A DNA stretch of 64,000 bases, taken from NCBI RefSeq assembly GCF_046119375.1, contig NW_027362772.1:303242001-303306000 (forward strand), in the 5' to 3' direction. The DNA is from Phyllobates terribilis (taxonomy: Eukaryota). Both the position numbers and the translations under genes were made by a program. The notes below the pieces were generated by a model. The model did not search any database, was not told the origin of the DNA, and saw only the letters and a list, made by a program, of their open reading frames with translations. Positions 37,837 to 51,787 of this stretch are shown here, piece after piece; the first letter of the stretch is position 1, and every line of letters starts with the position of its first letter.

Positions 37837-40800
37837 GTGAGTATTTGTTTTGTGCAGTTGGAGTACCTCTGTTGGCTGTAGGTGCTGCTGTATAAGGTTA
37901 CTCAGATATCTGGATTCAATATTATATATTTGATTTATTTCTCGCACGTAGTTGACGCCCAGTGAAGAGGCGTTCCTGCGGACGTACGCCGGGGTGGTCA
38001 ATAGCCAGCTCAGCCAGCTGCCTCAGCACTCCATCGATCAAGGTACGTGCGACACCACGCCAGTGATGGGATGATAGGAGTGCAGCGCCTGCCCCCACAC
38101 CATCATGGCCCTGGCGATGTCCTCACACATTTTTTTTCTTTATTTCGTTTCTATTAATCATATCCTATGGTAATTACGTTCTATGCATTTTTTTTTTTTT
38201 TTTTTTTTTTTTTTCAATCGGATAATTTTTCTTTCTTTTTTTTTTTTTTAAACTGATAGATAAAAATAAAACAAAATTAACACCTCCCCCATAACCCTGC
38301 CCCCATCTGGTTATTCTATGCGATTATTAGATTAAAGGGGTTTCTCCACCTTGCACATTGTGTGAATCTGTTATTGAAGCATCTAATGTGCAAATGTCAT
38401 GAACTGGACGAGGAGGAGGTGAGCTGTGACATCACCTATTGTGAGTGGTGGATCCTGTGTTATCTGCTGTATATAGAGGTGTTATCAGTCATTGTACAGG
38501 AGGAGGTGAGCTGTGACATCACCTATGGTGGATCCTGTGTTATCTGCTGTATACAGAATACAGAGGTGTTCAGTCATTGTACAGGGGGAGGTGAGCTGTG
38601 ACATCATCTACTGTGAGTGGTGGATCTTGTGTTATCTACTGTATATAGAGGTGATATCCTGTCTGTGATGGTAATAAGCCCGCTGTTTAATATAAAAAAA
38701 CAAAGTATGAGTTTAAACATGTGAAACTGCATTTTCTGTGGGGGGTTTTTTCATACAGATAATGATATGGAAAAAAAATTGACCAAAAATTAAAAAAAAA
38801 ATAAATACATTTAACTTTTAAATAAGGTTTTTAACAATAGGTCATGTCCTGATGACACTTTCCCTTTTCATCTGTAATGTCACCTGTCATTGTTGACTGC
38901 CAGGGCTGTGGGGTCAGTAAGCCAAACCTCCGACTCCTCAATTTCCACGACTCCGACTCTACAGCCCCGGTGACCTCGGCATTTAAGCAGATAGAAACGG
39001 AAGGAGGGAGTCTCTTTTGTTATTTATTGCGCCTCCTCTTTCACCATGGGCCCTCAGTATCGTGGCAGCGGATGCAGGCCCCCCATCTCTCCCATGTGTG
39101 TACACTGATGAAGCCCCCTGCACCTTTGCTTCATTAGAAAGCAAAACCGCATTATCGGTGATATAGGCGATCGAGCGATCACAGGTTCAAATCCCCTAAA
39201 GGTACTAATAAAAAGTGTGAGACGTGTGTATAATATGGTTATCGATCACCTTCCTTTTCCCAAAGGGTAAATAGTAAAATATAATTAAAAAAAAATAAAG
39301 CTCTTACTATAAAAAAACAAAAACCCAAGCCTTCATACAGCGATATCAACCAAAAAATAAATATGGCAGCTGAAGCAAAACATGTTTTTTTTTTTACTGT
39401 TTTAAGTAATAAAAAAACAAACATTTAAATAAATGTTCACTTTACTGGGAATTTATTTCTCATTTTTTTCAGTACAAAATATGATAAATTGAATGGAGTC
39501 ATTAAAAATAAGAATACGTTCCGAGCCATCTTGTGACGCGGATGTTTTTAAAGTTCATGTTGCAATGCCTTAGATGTAATCTTATTGTGCTGCCACAGTC
39601 ACCGTTTAGCCGAGGCTCAGGGCGCACCATTAGGCAAACGCATTTCTCATTAATCGTGCAGTATAAACAGGCTGCCGATCACCCGACAAACAAGCTAAAC
39701 ACTTGCTCGTCCGGTGTGTATAATAATGCATCGTTCTGGGCAGCACTTTTGTGTGAATGGCTTGTGCTGCCGACCTGTTACTGATACTTCTGTGTGCAGT
39801 GTAAACAGGCGCCGGCGGTTGTATTTTGGGCAGTGTACCCCCAGCTTTCATCCGCAGACTGTTCTCATCCAGTGATGTATTCAGCTTGTCCCCAGGTATA
39901 AGAATTGCAATATGTCACCCAGTGATGGAGGTGATGAGCGGCTGTAGTGGAGTCGGGGACCTCCAGCAGTTACCCTGTGATATTGCAGCAGTTCTTTCTT
40001 TTTGTACTTACCTGTACTGACCACCAGGTGTCGCCGCAGCACCCTGCATCGATCAGGCGATCACTCATCGAGTTGCTGTCCTCCCTCGCTCTGGGCGCGC
40101 TTCTTGGATTTTCCGCTGATGCACAATTATACAAGTTCCTGCGACTGAAGGAATCTGCTCGTGCCTGAATGTAAATGTCTTCTAGCGTGAGACTATATTC
40201 CCCCAGCGGATGCGAATGTTGGATCTCCTCACTGCTCCGCAGATCGTATACAATAAAACCGTGCAATTAGTGATGACTGTCTGTCCCGGGGGAGCAGATT
40301 GTGCTATTTATTTAATATTCTCATAGCTTAAAGTGTAGTACGAGACCTGACGGAGGACAGCCTGGAAGCCGATGTCTGGGATTCACATCTCTGCGCTTGT
40401 GAAACCTGCTTGTCGGAGTATAATTGAGAAAAGTGCAATTAACCGGCCCGGGCCGATCCCTCTCCACGCGTTCTAATTACCTGCAGTGTCCTGACGTGTG
40501 ACGGCGGCAGTCACCTGGCATGTATGATACCACGTGAGCCGGGCAACCGTGCCAGGTCTGCAGAGTAGCGTGAATAGGAAGATTAGATGTCTGCATATAG
40601 ACCTATACCTTATATCAAAAATCTGATCGTTTTGTGTTCACAGCTCCTACGCAATGCTCTTAAAACGATCTTCCTGCACCAGCGTTGACTCTTCTCCGCT
40701 GTCCCTTTCCCCAGTCTTTGACAGGCTATATTGGTGACATCACAACTGCTGCGAATGACCGCTGCAACCAATCACTAGGCTCAGAGTTGTCGTTCTGACC

Positions 40801-43800
40801 ACATCAGTATCACTGTTGAGCCCAGTGATTGTCTGCAGCGGTCATACGTTGCAATGTTACCATTGCAGCCAGTGAACAAATCTTAGAGCCACTCTGGTCC
40901 TGAGGTGGATGAGTAAAGCTCATTTACACTAAGGAAAAAACAGAGGTGTGTGTATATGTATACAGTGCTGCTCCCCATTATTGGCAATCCTTCATTTTTT
41001 TTTCATAGATTGTACAATATCTTCTGAAATAAATGGAAATGTACCAAAGTTATATCCTCAGGATTTTTTAATTAGTGATCCAAAGTAATACAACAATGAA
41101 ACATTGTTCTTCAACTTCAATGTTGCAATTTCAAAGAACAAACCTCAATAAAGGCCCCCCTAATTAATACTTGGTTGTTCTCCTAATTAATACTTGGTTG
41201 CCCCCCCTTTGGCATTGATGACAGCCTCCACATGTTTCTTGTAGCCATCTATAAGCTACTTCTCAGCTGGAGTTTTCTCCCACTTTTCCTTTGCAGTTTG
41301 TTCGAGCTCTTGAATGTTTGCAGGGGTCTTTTTCCCAATGTCAGATTTCAGTTCTCCCCAAAGATTTTCAATGGGATTGAGGTCAGGACTCATCGCTGGC
41401 CATTTTAAAGCAGTCCGTTTTTTCTTTTTCAACCATTCACGTGTACTTTTGGATGTGTGCTATGGGTTATTGTCTTGCTGGAACACCCATGATCTTCGAC
41501 TCAAACCAAGTTTTCTTACATTGGATAGGACATTTCGCTCTAAAAATCTCTTGATAATTCTCTAATTTCATGATTCCTGTGATACAGTCAAGGCCTCCAG
41601 TACCGGATGCAGCAAAGCCACAGCATTATGGATCCTTCACCATGCTTAACTGTTGGTAAGGTGTTCTTTTTCTTATAAGCTTCATTGTGCCGTCTGTAAA
41701 CTTTTGCTTTGCATTGCCAAAAAGCTATTTTTGTTTCATCTGTCCCCAGAACATTTTCCCAGAAGAATTGTGGTTTGTCAAGGTGCTCTTTGGCTAAGAT
41801 CAGTCGCTCCTTTTTATGTCGTTTCTTCCTTGGCCTTCGTCCATAAAGCTCTGCTTGATTTAGTGTGCGGCATATGGTACTTGTTGAAACCATGACCCCA
41901 GACTGTTTGTTCCAGGTTGGCCTTCAGGTCTTTGGATGTTTGACGTGGTGTTTTTTTCCACCATTCGCACCAACCTTCGAATCCATCTCTTGTTAGTTTT
42001 GCTCTTTCCCCCACATCCAGGGAGGTTCCTGATGGTTCCATGCTTGGTAAACGTCTTAATTTTGTATATTTTTGGGGTAACGGAATAGATTCTGCATTTA
42101 TTATTATTGAATTTTGACTGTAAGATGAAGTGATCAACGTCTCCCCCCCCCCCCCCCCCTAGAGGGCAGGATGCGTCATCACACTCCGGTCTTATTCGCT
42201 GGGGTGAGATTACGTAGATTCGCTTCCCCCTCCCTGAGATGTTCTGCTGCTTTGTACAAAGCGAAATGAAAACTGCGATCTGCAGACACGAAACTCAATG
42301 CCAGGGTCAAGGGCGGCGATGAGGAGGCAGCGCTGTGCTGTCAGGCGGCGCCTCCGCACAGAACACAACGACTGGGACTTTTAAAGGAACCCTGCTCCCT
42401 AGATAATGAAGTAAGCCCTCCAGCTGCTGCAGAACCCCTTGTCCCAGCATGCTCTTGCCAGCCAGAAGATGAGACTTCCCATTCGTCAGCGGATGTCCAA
42501 GGATGACCTATAAGTATTTAATAGGATTAAATAGCTCTAAGGGATTTTCATGTCAAGCTTTACCCCTTATTAATAATCCTCCTTGATCTGTCCAAAGCTT
42601 CACTATTTATGTGCAGGACTTGGCCTGTTGTACCACCTGCAACCACAAGGTGGCAGAATCCATACCCCCCCATATCTTGTCATTACCCCAATCTGATATT
42701 CGCAGGGCACTTTTCTGTCCTGCGCCCCACACTTAATGCAAAGATGGACTTTTCTAAAAACTTATTCCAGCCCGGAGCATTTATTGCCTGTCGGCTAGAT
42801 AGGTAGGAAATGCTAAGCGAGTTGGTTCCAACCAAGGGATCCCTACCAAACAGTAAAACGTGGTACTGCGGACCCTTATTCCAGCTGCAGGACTGCTGCT
42901 CCATTCAGACCCCTCCTAATCCTGGCCATCTGGGATAAAAGACCCTTTATTCTGGCAGTCAGAAGAGGATCAGTGGTGGTCCAACAACAGGACTAGTATT
43001 TATCATCCATTCGGTCAAATGTTATAAAGGTTTATTCCAAATGTACCACTGTATGTCGTGTTTCGTCCAAAATTGTACAAAAAAAAAATAAAATAAAAAA
43101 TGCAAAAAAAAAAAAAATAAAATTCGGCAAAAAATGTAATGAGAATGGAAAAAAAAACAATTCTGCAAAAAAAAAGAAAAAAATTTACCCTTCCAGCGTG
43201 TGATAAGCTCCGATGTTATAAATAGTCTCGTTGGACGAAAGTTTGTTAAAAAAAAAAAAAAAAAATACTGTAGCAGATGCCGTGGCGGGTGTGTGGGAGG
43301 ACCTGTCACTCGCCTCTCCACGTTCTGCACCTTCACAGCTCTGTGCGCTACCAGTGATGTACCGCACGTACGTCGTATCCCGGTTTATTGCTGATACGGC
43401 GGGTCTGTCACATAGGAGATTGTACGGGTCGGGCTTCATTCACACGGACAGAAGTGGATCTGACAGGAAGGACTGCCGGATTTTTTTTTTTATCTTCTAT
43501 GTTAGAGTTTCCCCCAAATCTGCGTTAAGCAGATACTGCCTGACGCAAAGGGTAAAATCCACGCGATTTACGCACCAGAATAAGCGCCCTCAGATTTCTG
43601 CTGCATGTGGACGGGGCTTTGAAAACCTGTCAAGTACGTTACTGTAAATTTCTGCAAATTTGCATTTTTTTTTTTTTTTTTTCTCAAATTTGCCAAGTCT
43701 GACGTTTGCATCTAATGGAGATGGGTTACAATATCCTTGTCCAAACGTTTCCCTGTAGCGGGATGGGCCGCATCTCCAGCCGTATAGAAGCCACGTGTTG

Positions 43801-45500
43801 GAAGCAGAGGAGCTTGCACTCTAATCTGCTTCTACAGGCTGCGGTTAGGTGCAGGATCTAGCATTGTAGCTGATCTAATGATTGGATACACCCCGGATTA
43901 TTGCATCTTTGGGATAGAAGCGGGGCCCAGTATGAAGAGTTTGCAGATGCTGGGAGTTGTGGTGACTACAGGAATGCCAGAGGTTGTACTAAGGGGGATA
44001 TTGGATTTTTTTGGTGAGAGCAGGTTTTATATATCATGAACCAGGAGGCTCTGGATGAGCAGAGGTCACCCTGTGCATAAATGCAAAAATGGGGCCATAA
44101 AGGCAACTTTTTTTATATTAAAATGTGACCCAGTGGCGTTAATGTTCCCAGAGATGTACCCGCTTCCCTGCCTGGCGCACGGGTCATTGTGGCGCATTAA
44201 TCAGGCCGTCTGCTGAATCCTCTGTAATTCTCCGTCCTCATTAGGTATCCAAACGCCAACCTGCAGCTTTCCGTGCCCTCACAGCTTATCCGTCCGTCGC
44301 CATGGTAACTGGAGAGAGCGGCCTCCTCGCTCTGCTGGTAGGGAGGCCGCTCCCTGTAGGATTGTGATGGGGGGATTATTAAAGCGCTGGTTCTTGGCAC
44401 ATCCCCTCCACTGTCGGCGCGCGCACTGCTCGTAATACAAAGCCACAGAGAAGCTGCGCGGCTCTTTGATACGACGCGAATTGTGTTTCTCCGGCGCTGA
44501 AGGTGGTTGCAGTCGGGCATCTTAATCGGCAAAAAAAGAAACCCGCGCTGTGATGCCGCTCAGATATGGCACCTGTCATTACTAGGTAGTGCGGGCATCC
44601 TGTGCACAGAATATACCATAAATGCCGATGTAGCAGAGCTCAACGTGTCCCCGACTCAAGAAGGAGGCGACACCGACATGAGGATCTCAGCCCCCTTACA
44701 ACAGCGCATGTAACGATTGTCAATGGCGTCGCGTTACGATCCACAACCGTAATTCCTATTGGAATTTTTGCAAATCGCAAAACTTTTATCCCCAATGTAA
44801 GTCGCGTGTTACAGCGACTCCGATGGAATTTGGTTTTTTGGGTTCTTTTCTTTTTTTTGTTTTGTTTTGGGTTTTTTGCATCTCTAAAGTATTGATCCTT
44901 GTTTTTAGTAGCATGAGGCACGTCGCTGTGTAGCCTAAGGGAACTGGCATCGGGCAACATGGCGGCAAATGCGGCAAACGTCACAGCACAAGGCGCATGA
45001 ATGTGGGCCAAGTTACTACAACCATGGGCGCACGTCAGAAAAGTAAAAATCCATCGCGTTTCGGTTATTTTGCAACTGATCAATCACAATGTGACCACCA
45101 GGATGCTCGGCATATTGCAATTTTAGTCCAACACATTATTTGTCGCTGTGTAAAACCAGCCTGATCCTGGACATCCACAATGGCGAACAACACACCTCTA
45201 CGTCTTAGACGGCAGGAAGAAGTCACGTGCCCAGCAGAAGCGAAGCAACGCTGATGCGTTTCAGTCCCGTCTCCCTGTCGGGACCTTGCTGTTAGATACC
45301 GTCCGTCAGATGTCACACAATGCTGCAGGTTTACTTGCAGTCCTATGGAAACCAGCGGTCATGGCTGACATCTCTTAGACTAATCATTAAGAGCGTAGTT
45401 CTCTCCTTCTCCAGTTTTTACCTTCCATCTTTCTCTTACAGGTGCCGAGGACGTGGTGATGGCGTTCTCCAGGTCAGAGGCAGAAGATCGAAGGCAGTAA
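37741..45500 (+). CDS. CTNNBIP1: Beta-catenin-interacting protein 1 (ICAT), 81 aa; join(37741-37836,37952-38042,45442-45500)
   Basis: Spliced product MNREGAPGKSPDEMYVQQKVRVLLMLRKMGSNLTPSEEAFLRTYAGVVNSQLSQLPQHSIDQGAEDVVMAFSRSEAEDRRQ* is near-identical to vertebrate ICAT; GT-AG introns; expected position downstream of LZIC. Confidence 0.97.
37952..38042 (+). CDS. CTNNBIP1: CTNNBIP1 coding exon 2
   Basis: cgtag|TTG ACG CCC ... GAT CAA G|gtacgt. Confidence 0.96.
38410..38660 (+). repeat. Degenerate ~86-bp tandem repeat, 3 copies
   Basis: GAGGTGAGCTGTGACATCA at 38416, 38503 and 38588. Confidence 0.8.
38901..38969. mobile_element. 69-bp internally deleted relative of the 2666-2970 hAT MITE
   Basis: CAGGGCTGTGGGGTC...GACTCTACAGCCCCG ends. 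Internal GTAAGCCAAACCTC is the reverse complement of 2941-2954. The TSD is not recognisable. Confidence 0.7.
40963..42055 (-). mobile_element. Truncated, decayed Tc1 transposon in a CTNNBIP1 intron
   Basis: TA+CAGTG terminus at 40961-40967; minus-strand transposase remnants (STICRTL...GRRPRKK, ENVLGTDETK, PTVKHGEGSIML). Confidence 0.82.
45442..45500 (+). CDS. CTNNBIP1: CTNNBIP1 last coding exon
   Basis: cttacag|GT GCC GAG GAC ... CAG TAA. Confidence 0.96.
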
Positions 45501-46446
45501 CAGCGCAGCCGCCATTGCCAAATCGCAGAGCACAGATGGGCGAGGCGGAGGTGCCCCGTGCGGCCCCTGGAGTCCTCCTCCTCCTCCTCCTCTCGACAAC
45601 TCTACAGTCTCTCCCAAGTTTCTAATATGATTTTAATTTCATCCTTCTACTTTTAAGACTCTCCCCACTGGCTGACAACTTCCAGAAACCGACTAAGGCA
45701 CCATGGCGGCTTGCCACACGGAGAGCGGACTTTCTTCGCCAGCAGAAGCATTTTTCTTCCTCCGTTTGATGTTTTTAAGGTTTTTTTTTTTTTGTTTTTT
45801 TTGCCATCACTCCTGTTTCTGAGATGAGACGTGGGTCCACACTCCCGACTGATATCCGTGGTGGGGACGGTGACGGCTGCTGCTGAGGTCTGTGCTCTGC
45901 AGCGGATTCGCTTGTACAGACTTTTAGGTTCATATTGTAACTTCTTTTTTTTTTTTTTTAATTATTGATGTCAGCGCTTTGGCTGTTACACTGTGTTTTT
46001 TGACTTGAAAGAAGTAAGCTTTTGCAGTATTTATTACCAGTGTGGGGGAGGGCGATGTCGGTGCTTCTGTCCTGATTTATTTTACCTTAGAAGCACAAAC
46101 AATTTAAGAGAATGAATTCATAGAATTTTTTTTTTTGTTGTTTTCTTTGGCCGGAGGGTTGGGGATGCACAGTCTGAAAAGAGGGATGGGTGGGGCTGCT
46201 TCACTTTATTTTTTTTGTATGTCATGCTTTTTATGTTACTCCATCTTGTGCCATATGTGTAGCGGTGCTGCCGGTCAGACCAGACAGTGGGAGACAGCCG
46301 CTAGCTCAGCTAGACTGACATTCAGTTCTTTCTTGGTGGTCTCACTGAGGCAGGAGGTGCGGTGTGCCTCCTACTCCATTAACATGATTGGGTCCAATGA
46401 ATGGTTAGACTGCACACTGTCCGACCATGAGAATGGTCCTAGGAAT

Positions 46447-46862
46447 GGTTAGACTGCATGGATTCTGCCCATGGGAATGGTCCTGGTCCAAGGAGTGGTT
46501 AGACTGCGTGGATTCTGCCCATGGGAATGGTCCTGGTCCAAGGAGTGGTTAGACTGCGTGGATTCTGCCCATGGGAATGGTCCTGGTCCAAGGAGTGGTT
46601 AGACTGCGTGGATTCTGCCCATGGGAATGGTCCTGGTCCAAGGAGTGGTTAGACTGCGTGGATTCTGCCCATGGGAATGGTCCTGGTCCAAGGAGTGGTT
46701 AGACTGCGTGGAATCTGCCCATGGGAATGGTCCTGGTCCAAGGAGTGGTTAGACTGCGTGGATTCTGCCCATGGGAATGGTCCTGGTCCAAGGAGTGGTT
46801 AGACTGCATGGATTCTGCCCATGGGAATGGTCCTGGTCCAAGGAGTGGTTAGACTGCATGGA
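46447..46862 (+). repeat. 50-bp minisatellite
   Basis: GGTTAGACTGCGTGGATTCTGCCCATGGGAATGGTCCTGGTCCAAGGAGT, about 8 copies, period 50 (46497, 46547...). Confidence 0.95.
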
Positions 46863-49579
46863 TTGATGTCTTTACAAGGTGTCCTGGCCAGTAAGGGGTA
46901 TGTGCACATGAGGCGCATATGGAGAGCAATTAAACAACTTTATCCACATGATGCATAATAAATCTGCAGAATAAATTTACATCCTGTGGATTTGAAGAAA
47001 TTTGCAGAACAATTACTGCTGTGGATTTCAAATGCAAAATCTGCAGCATTTCTACCATAAAGTCCTTGTTCTGTGAACATAGCCTTGCAAAAGGGTTCTC
47101 CATCCCCACTCACTTCCACAGCCAGAGGTAAGAGATGTCACATCAAAGACAGGTCGTAGTCCAAGGAATACGGTGGCAGCACGGTCCTGGACGGTATGTT
47201 CGTCCCTGATCCAAACATGAGACCCCCCTTCTATGCTGCAGGATTGGCCCTAAATTCATTTCTAACGGTATAGGAGCCGTTGGCTGATGGACCCCACACT
47301 TAGGATGTTTGCCGAGTGTTTATTTCTGCCCTCCTGCAGGTATCTGGGCTGTATCCCCTGCGACCTTTATTACTTTCTCCTCTGACAGTCCTGTATTTGT
47401 ATCAGTTACGGGAGCCCCTTATTTTATATAATGGCCATGAAGAAGAAATCCTGCGTACAAATGTCTGACTGTGCAGGCTTGCCGGACCATGATGGCGCTA
47501 CTGTTCACAATGGGATCAGATGATGATGATTTCCATTCTGAAGCTTTTTCTTATAACTGGATTTTTGTTTACAGGGTCCCTGATGCCAAGATGTGCTGTG
47601 CAAACTGCTGGGTGAGGGGGTCACCTCTGCTGGGTGAGGGGGTCACCAGTGAGCTACACCCCCCAGTTATTTCTAACTGTAAGGGACCATGATGCTTTAT
47701 AAAACATGGAAACACCCAATTGGGGTCCCAATCAAGTAGAATGGCAGGTATTGCAGCCATAATACTGACCCTACAGGTATACTGCCATATAGCATCGGCC
47801 TCTGCTGGAGCCCTATGGGACTGTGCTGCACATTCAGTAGAGCCACCCTCTATATAATGTGGGGGTCTCTGCTCACAGACCCTTTCTTACATGTGTGATC
47901 TGCACATATGTGACCTATCCATAAATATGAGAAACTACTACTACTGTTGTGTTTACAGCAATATCTTTTTCTCTTTCTGTTAAGAACTTTTTTTTGCCTC
48001 CTAAAGACAATGCATATGACGGCAGCTGGATCCGTGTGCGTCAGAAACTAGAGCCGCTCCTCGAAACCTGGGGCACACTATGTCAGCAGTGCAGGGTCCA
48101 CACATTTGTAAGCTGTTAAAGAAGCAAAACGTGGGATCGTCCATTACTACCATGCAGAACGGAGCAGAAAGAGCTGCAGGACCCTGGTACAGTGGCCATT
48201 GTTGGTAATCCATAGCCAGAGGACCAAAGGCCTGTGAACCTCCGTCCACCTTCCAGCATCCTCATGCCTGTTCTGATGAGTAGGGCCGGTGTGACGTCAA
48301 GCGTGCGTTGAGGCCGTCCTCATCAGTAGAGGTGTAGGTAGGAGGAGGGGTGCAGAATTGGCCTCTGGATAAGGATCCTGCACCCCTTTTTTTGCTCAAT
48401 TCTACTTCCAGGCAATCATTGGGCTACTAGGTGAGCTCCTCCCCCTGGACTCCTTGTTTCTTGGCTCCACCCCCCTGACTACAGTAAAATTGAAAATTCT
48501 CATTCCAAGAAGTGGGGGGGAATGAGCTCACAAAGAGGATTCAATACAAAGAGGATTCAAGCTCTTTGACTGGTTTTTGCTTGGCTGCGAAGGCTTGCTG
48601 TTTCTCCTTACAGGCTAGGCTTAGATGTAGGCTCACAGAGAGACAGGGTTCCCTTAAGAATGGCGGCGGCGCCTAGATGTGCAATCTGCAGCATTTGACA
48701 GCACAAAATGTGCATTTAATTTTTAAAACCCCATCTGCATGATGAAAGAAATCAGTGCAGAAAAGTGAATGTGGCGCAGATTTTCGGTTTTCAGGCCGCA
48801 GACTCTTTATTCTGTTGTCTTTTGGACCCAGCCTCATTTTAGAATAAAATGCATGTAACATCCTAATCTGAAGACGTCCCCTTAAAGCGCCTCGTACCTC
48901 AGTGATGTCACAAGCCCTAAATGAATCGTCTTCACAGCTAGTGCTTCTGTCGGATCATCTCCTTTGTGGTCCGGCCGGTCATTGATCCCCCGCTCTGATG
49001 GAGAGTTCACGTCTCCTCTCTGCTCTGATGTCTCTTATTATTAGCGCTGATCCTCCGTCTCTTCTCCAACCTGATGTTTGCACATTAAGAAACAGCACGT
49101 ACTGTCTACCGATCAATGTAAATCTCAACAAGACAACATGAATCTTGCTTTTAATCTTCCCGTGTGCACTGGTCTTATTTACTGCAAGTGATCCTGTATG
49201 CGGAGTACTATGGGTGTGAATACAGAGAAAACCAGGTGTTACATGGTAAATCAGTAAATCACAAGAGCTTACACTCTACAAGGAAAACCAAATGGGTGTG
49301 CATCTACATCATACACTGCTCAAAAAAATAAAGGGAACACTTAAACAACATAATGTAACTCCAAGTCAATAACACTTCTGTGAAATCTACCTGTCCAGTT
49401 AGGAAGCAACACTGATTGACAATCAATTTCTCTGGCTGTTGTGCAAATGGAACAGACAACTGTTAGAAATGAGGGCAATTAGGAAGACACCCCCTATAAA
49501 GGAGGCGGCGTCTACAGTACAACCCACAGAAGTTGCTCAGGTAGTGCAGCTCATCCAGGACGGCACATCAATGTGAGCA

Positions 49580-50510
49580 GTGGCAAGAAGGTTTGCTGTG
49601 TCTGTCAGCGTAGTGTTCAGAGGCTGGATGCGCTACCAGGAGACAGGCCAGTATACCAAGAGACGTGGAGGGGGCCGTAGGAGGGCAACAACCCAGCACC
49701 AGAACCGCTACCTCCGCCTTTGTGCAAGGAGGAGCACTGCCAGAGCCCTGCAAAATGACCTCCAGCAGGCCACAAATGTGCATTTATCGGCACAAACCGT
49801 TAAAAACCGACTTCATGAGGGTGGTATGAGGGCTCGACGTCCACAGATGGGGGTTGTGCTCACAGCCCAACACCGTGCAGGATGCTTGGCATTTGCCACA
49901 GAACAGGATTGGCAAAGTCGCCACTGGCTCTTCACAGATGAAAGCAGGTTCACACTGAGCACATGTGACAGACGTGACAGAGTCTGGAGACGCAGTGGAG
50001 AGCGATCTGCTGCCTGCAACATCCTTCAGCATGACCGGTTTGGCAGTGGGTCAGTAATGGTGTGGGGAGGCATTTCTTTGGAGGGCCGCACAGCCCTCCA
50101 TGTGCTTGCCAGAGGTAGCCTGACTGCCATTAGGTACCGAGATGAGATCCTCAGACCCCTTGTGAGACCATATGCTGGTGCGGTTGGCCCTGGGTTCCTC
50201 CTAATGCAGGACAATGCCAGACCTCATGTGGCTGGAGTGTGTCAGCAGTTCCTGCAGGATGAAGGCATTGAAGCTATGGACTGGCCGCCCGTTCCCCAGA
50301 CCTGAATCCGATTGAGCACATCTGGGACATCATGTCTCGCTCCATCCACCAACGTCACGTTGCACCACAGACTGTCCAGGAGTTGGCAGATGCTTTAGTC
50401 CAGGTCTGGGCGGAGATCCCACAGGAGACCATCCGCAACCTCAGCAGGAGCATGCCCAGGTGTTGTAGGGAGGTCATACAGGCACGTGGAGGCCACACAC
50501 AATACTCAGC
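49580..50510 (+). pseudogene. Tc1 transposase with frameshifts and deletions
   Basis: [16 protein letters not shown] and MQDNARPH motifs; a 1-bp deletion precedes [12 protein letters not shown]; D2-E spacing is 34 when repaired. Confidence 0.88.
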
Positions 50511-51787
50511 CTCATCAGGAGCATGCCCAGGCGTTGTAGGGAGGTCATACAGGCACGTGGAGGCCACACACAATACTCAGCCTCATCAGGAGCATGCCCA
50601 GGCGTTGTAGGGAGGTCATACAGGCACGTGGAGGCCACACACAATACTCAGCCTCATCAGGAGCATGCCCAGGCGTTGTAGGGAGGTCATACAGGCAGGT
50701 GGAGGCCACACACAATACTCAGCCTCATCAGGAGCATGCCCAGGCGTTGTAAGGAGGAGGTCATACAGGCACGTGGAGGCCACACACAATACTCAGCCTC
50801 ATCAGGAGCATGCCCAGGCGTTGTAGGGAGGTCATACAGGCACGTGGAGGCCACACACAATACTGAGCCTTATCAGGAGCATGCCCAGGCGTAGGGAGGT
50901 CATACAGGCACGTGGAGGCCACACACGATACTCACCCTCATCAGGAGCATGCCCAGGCGTTGTAGGGAGGTCATACAGGCACGTGGAGGCCACACACAAT
51001 ACTGAGCCTCATCAGGAGCATGCCCAAGTGTTGTAGGGAGGTCATACAGGCACGTGGAGGCCACACACAATACTCAGCCTCATCAGGAGCATGCCCAGGC
51101 GTTGTAGGGAGGTCATACAGGCACGTGGAGGCCACACACAATACTGAGCCTCATCAGGAGCATGCCCAGGCGGTGTAGGGAGGTCATACAGGCACGTGGA
51201 GGCCACACACAATACTCAGCCTCATCAGGAGCATGCCCAGGCGTTGTAGGGAGGTCATACAGGCACGTGGAGGCCACACACAATACTGAGCCTCATCAGG
51301 AGCATGCCCAGGCGTTGTAGGGAGGTCATACAGGCACGTGGAGGCCACACACAATACTCAGCCTCATCAGGAGCATGCCCAGGCGTTGTAGGGAGGTCAT
51401 ACAGGCATGTGGAGGCCACACACAATACTGAGCCTCATCAGGAGCATGCCCAGGTGTTGTAGGGAGGTCATACAGGCATGTGGAGGCCACACACAATACT
51501 CAGCCTCATCAGGAGCATGCCCAGGCGTTGTAGGGAGGTCATACAGGCACGTTGAGGCCACACACAATACTCAGCCTCATCAGGAGCATGCCCAGGCATT
51601 GTAGGGAGGTCATACAGGCACGTGGAGGCCACACACAATACTCAGCCTCATCAGGAGCATGCCCAGGCGTTGTAGGAAGGTCATACAGGCACGTGGAGGC
51701 CACACACAATACTCAGCCTCATCAGGAGCATGCCCAGGCATTGTAGGGAGGTCATACAGGCACGTGGAGGCCACACACAACAGTCAG
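50439..51787 (+). repeat. 71-bp satellite made from the transposase 3' end, about 19 copies
   Basis: Unit CCTCATCAGGAGCATGCCCAGGCGTTGTAGGGAGGTCATACAGGCACGTGGAGGCCACACACAATACT(C/G)AG encodes LIRSMPRRCREVIQARGGHTQY*. Confidence 0.95.

Noticed and set aside
46957-46962. AATAAA as the CTNNBIP1 poly(A) signal
   Set aside because: It lies within what looks like a MITE (~46890-47090), and other hexamers exist (for example 48843-48848). The 3' end cannot be assigned without transcript data.
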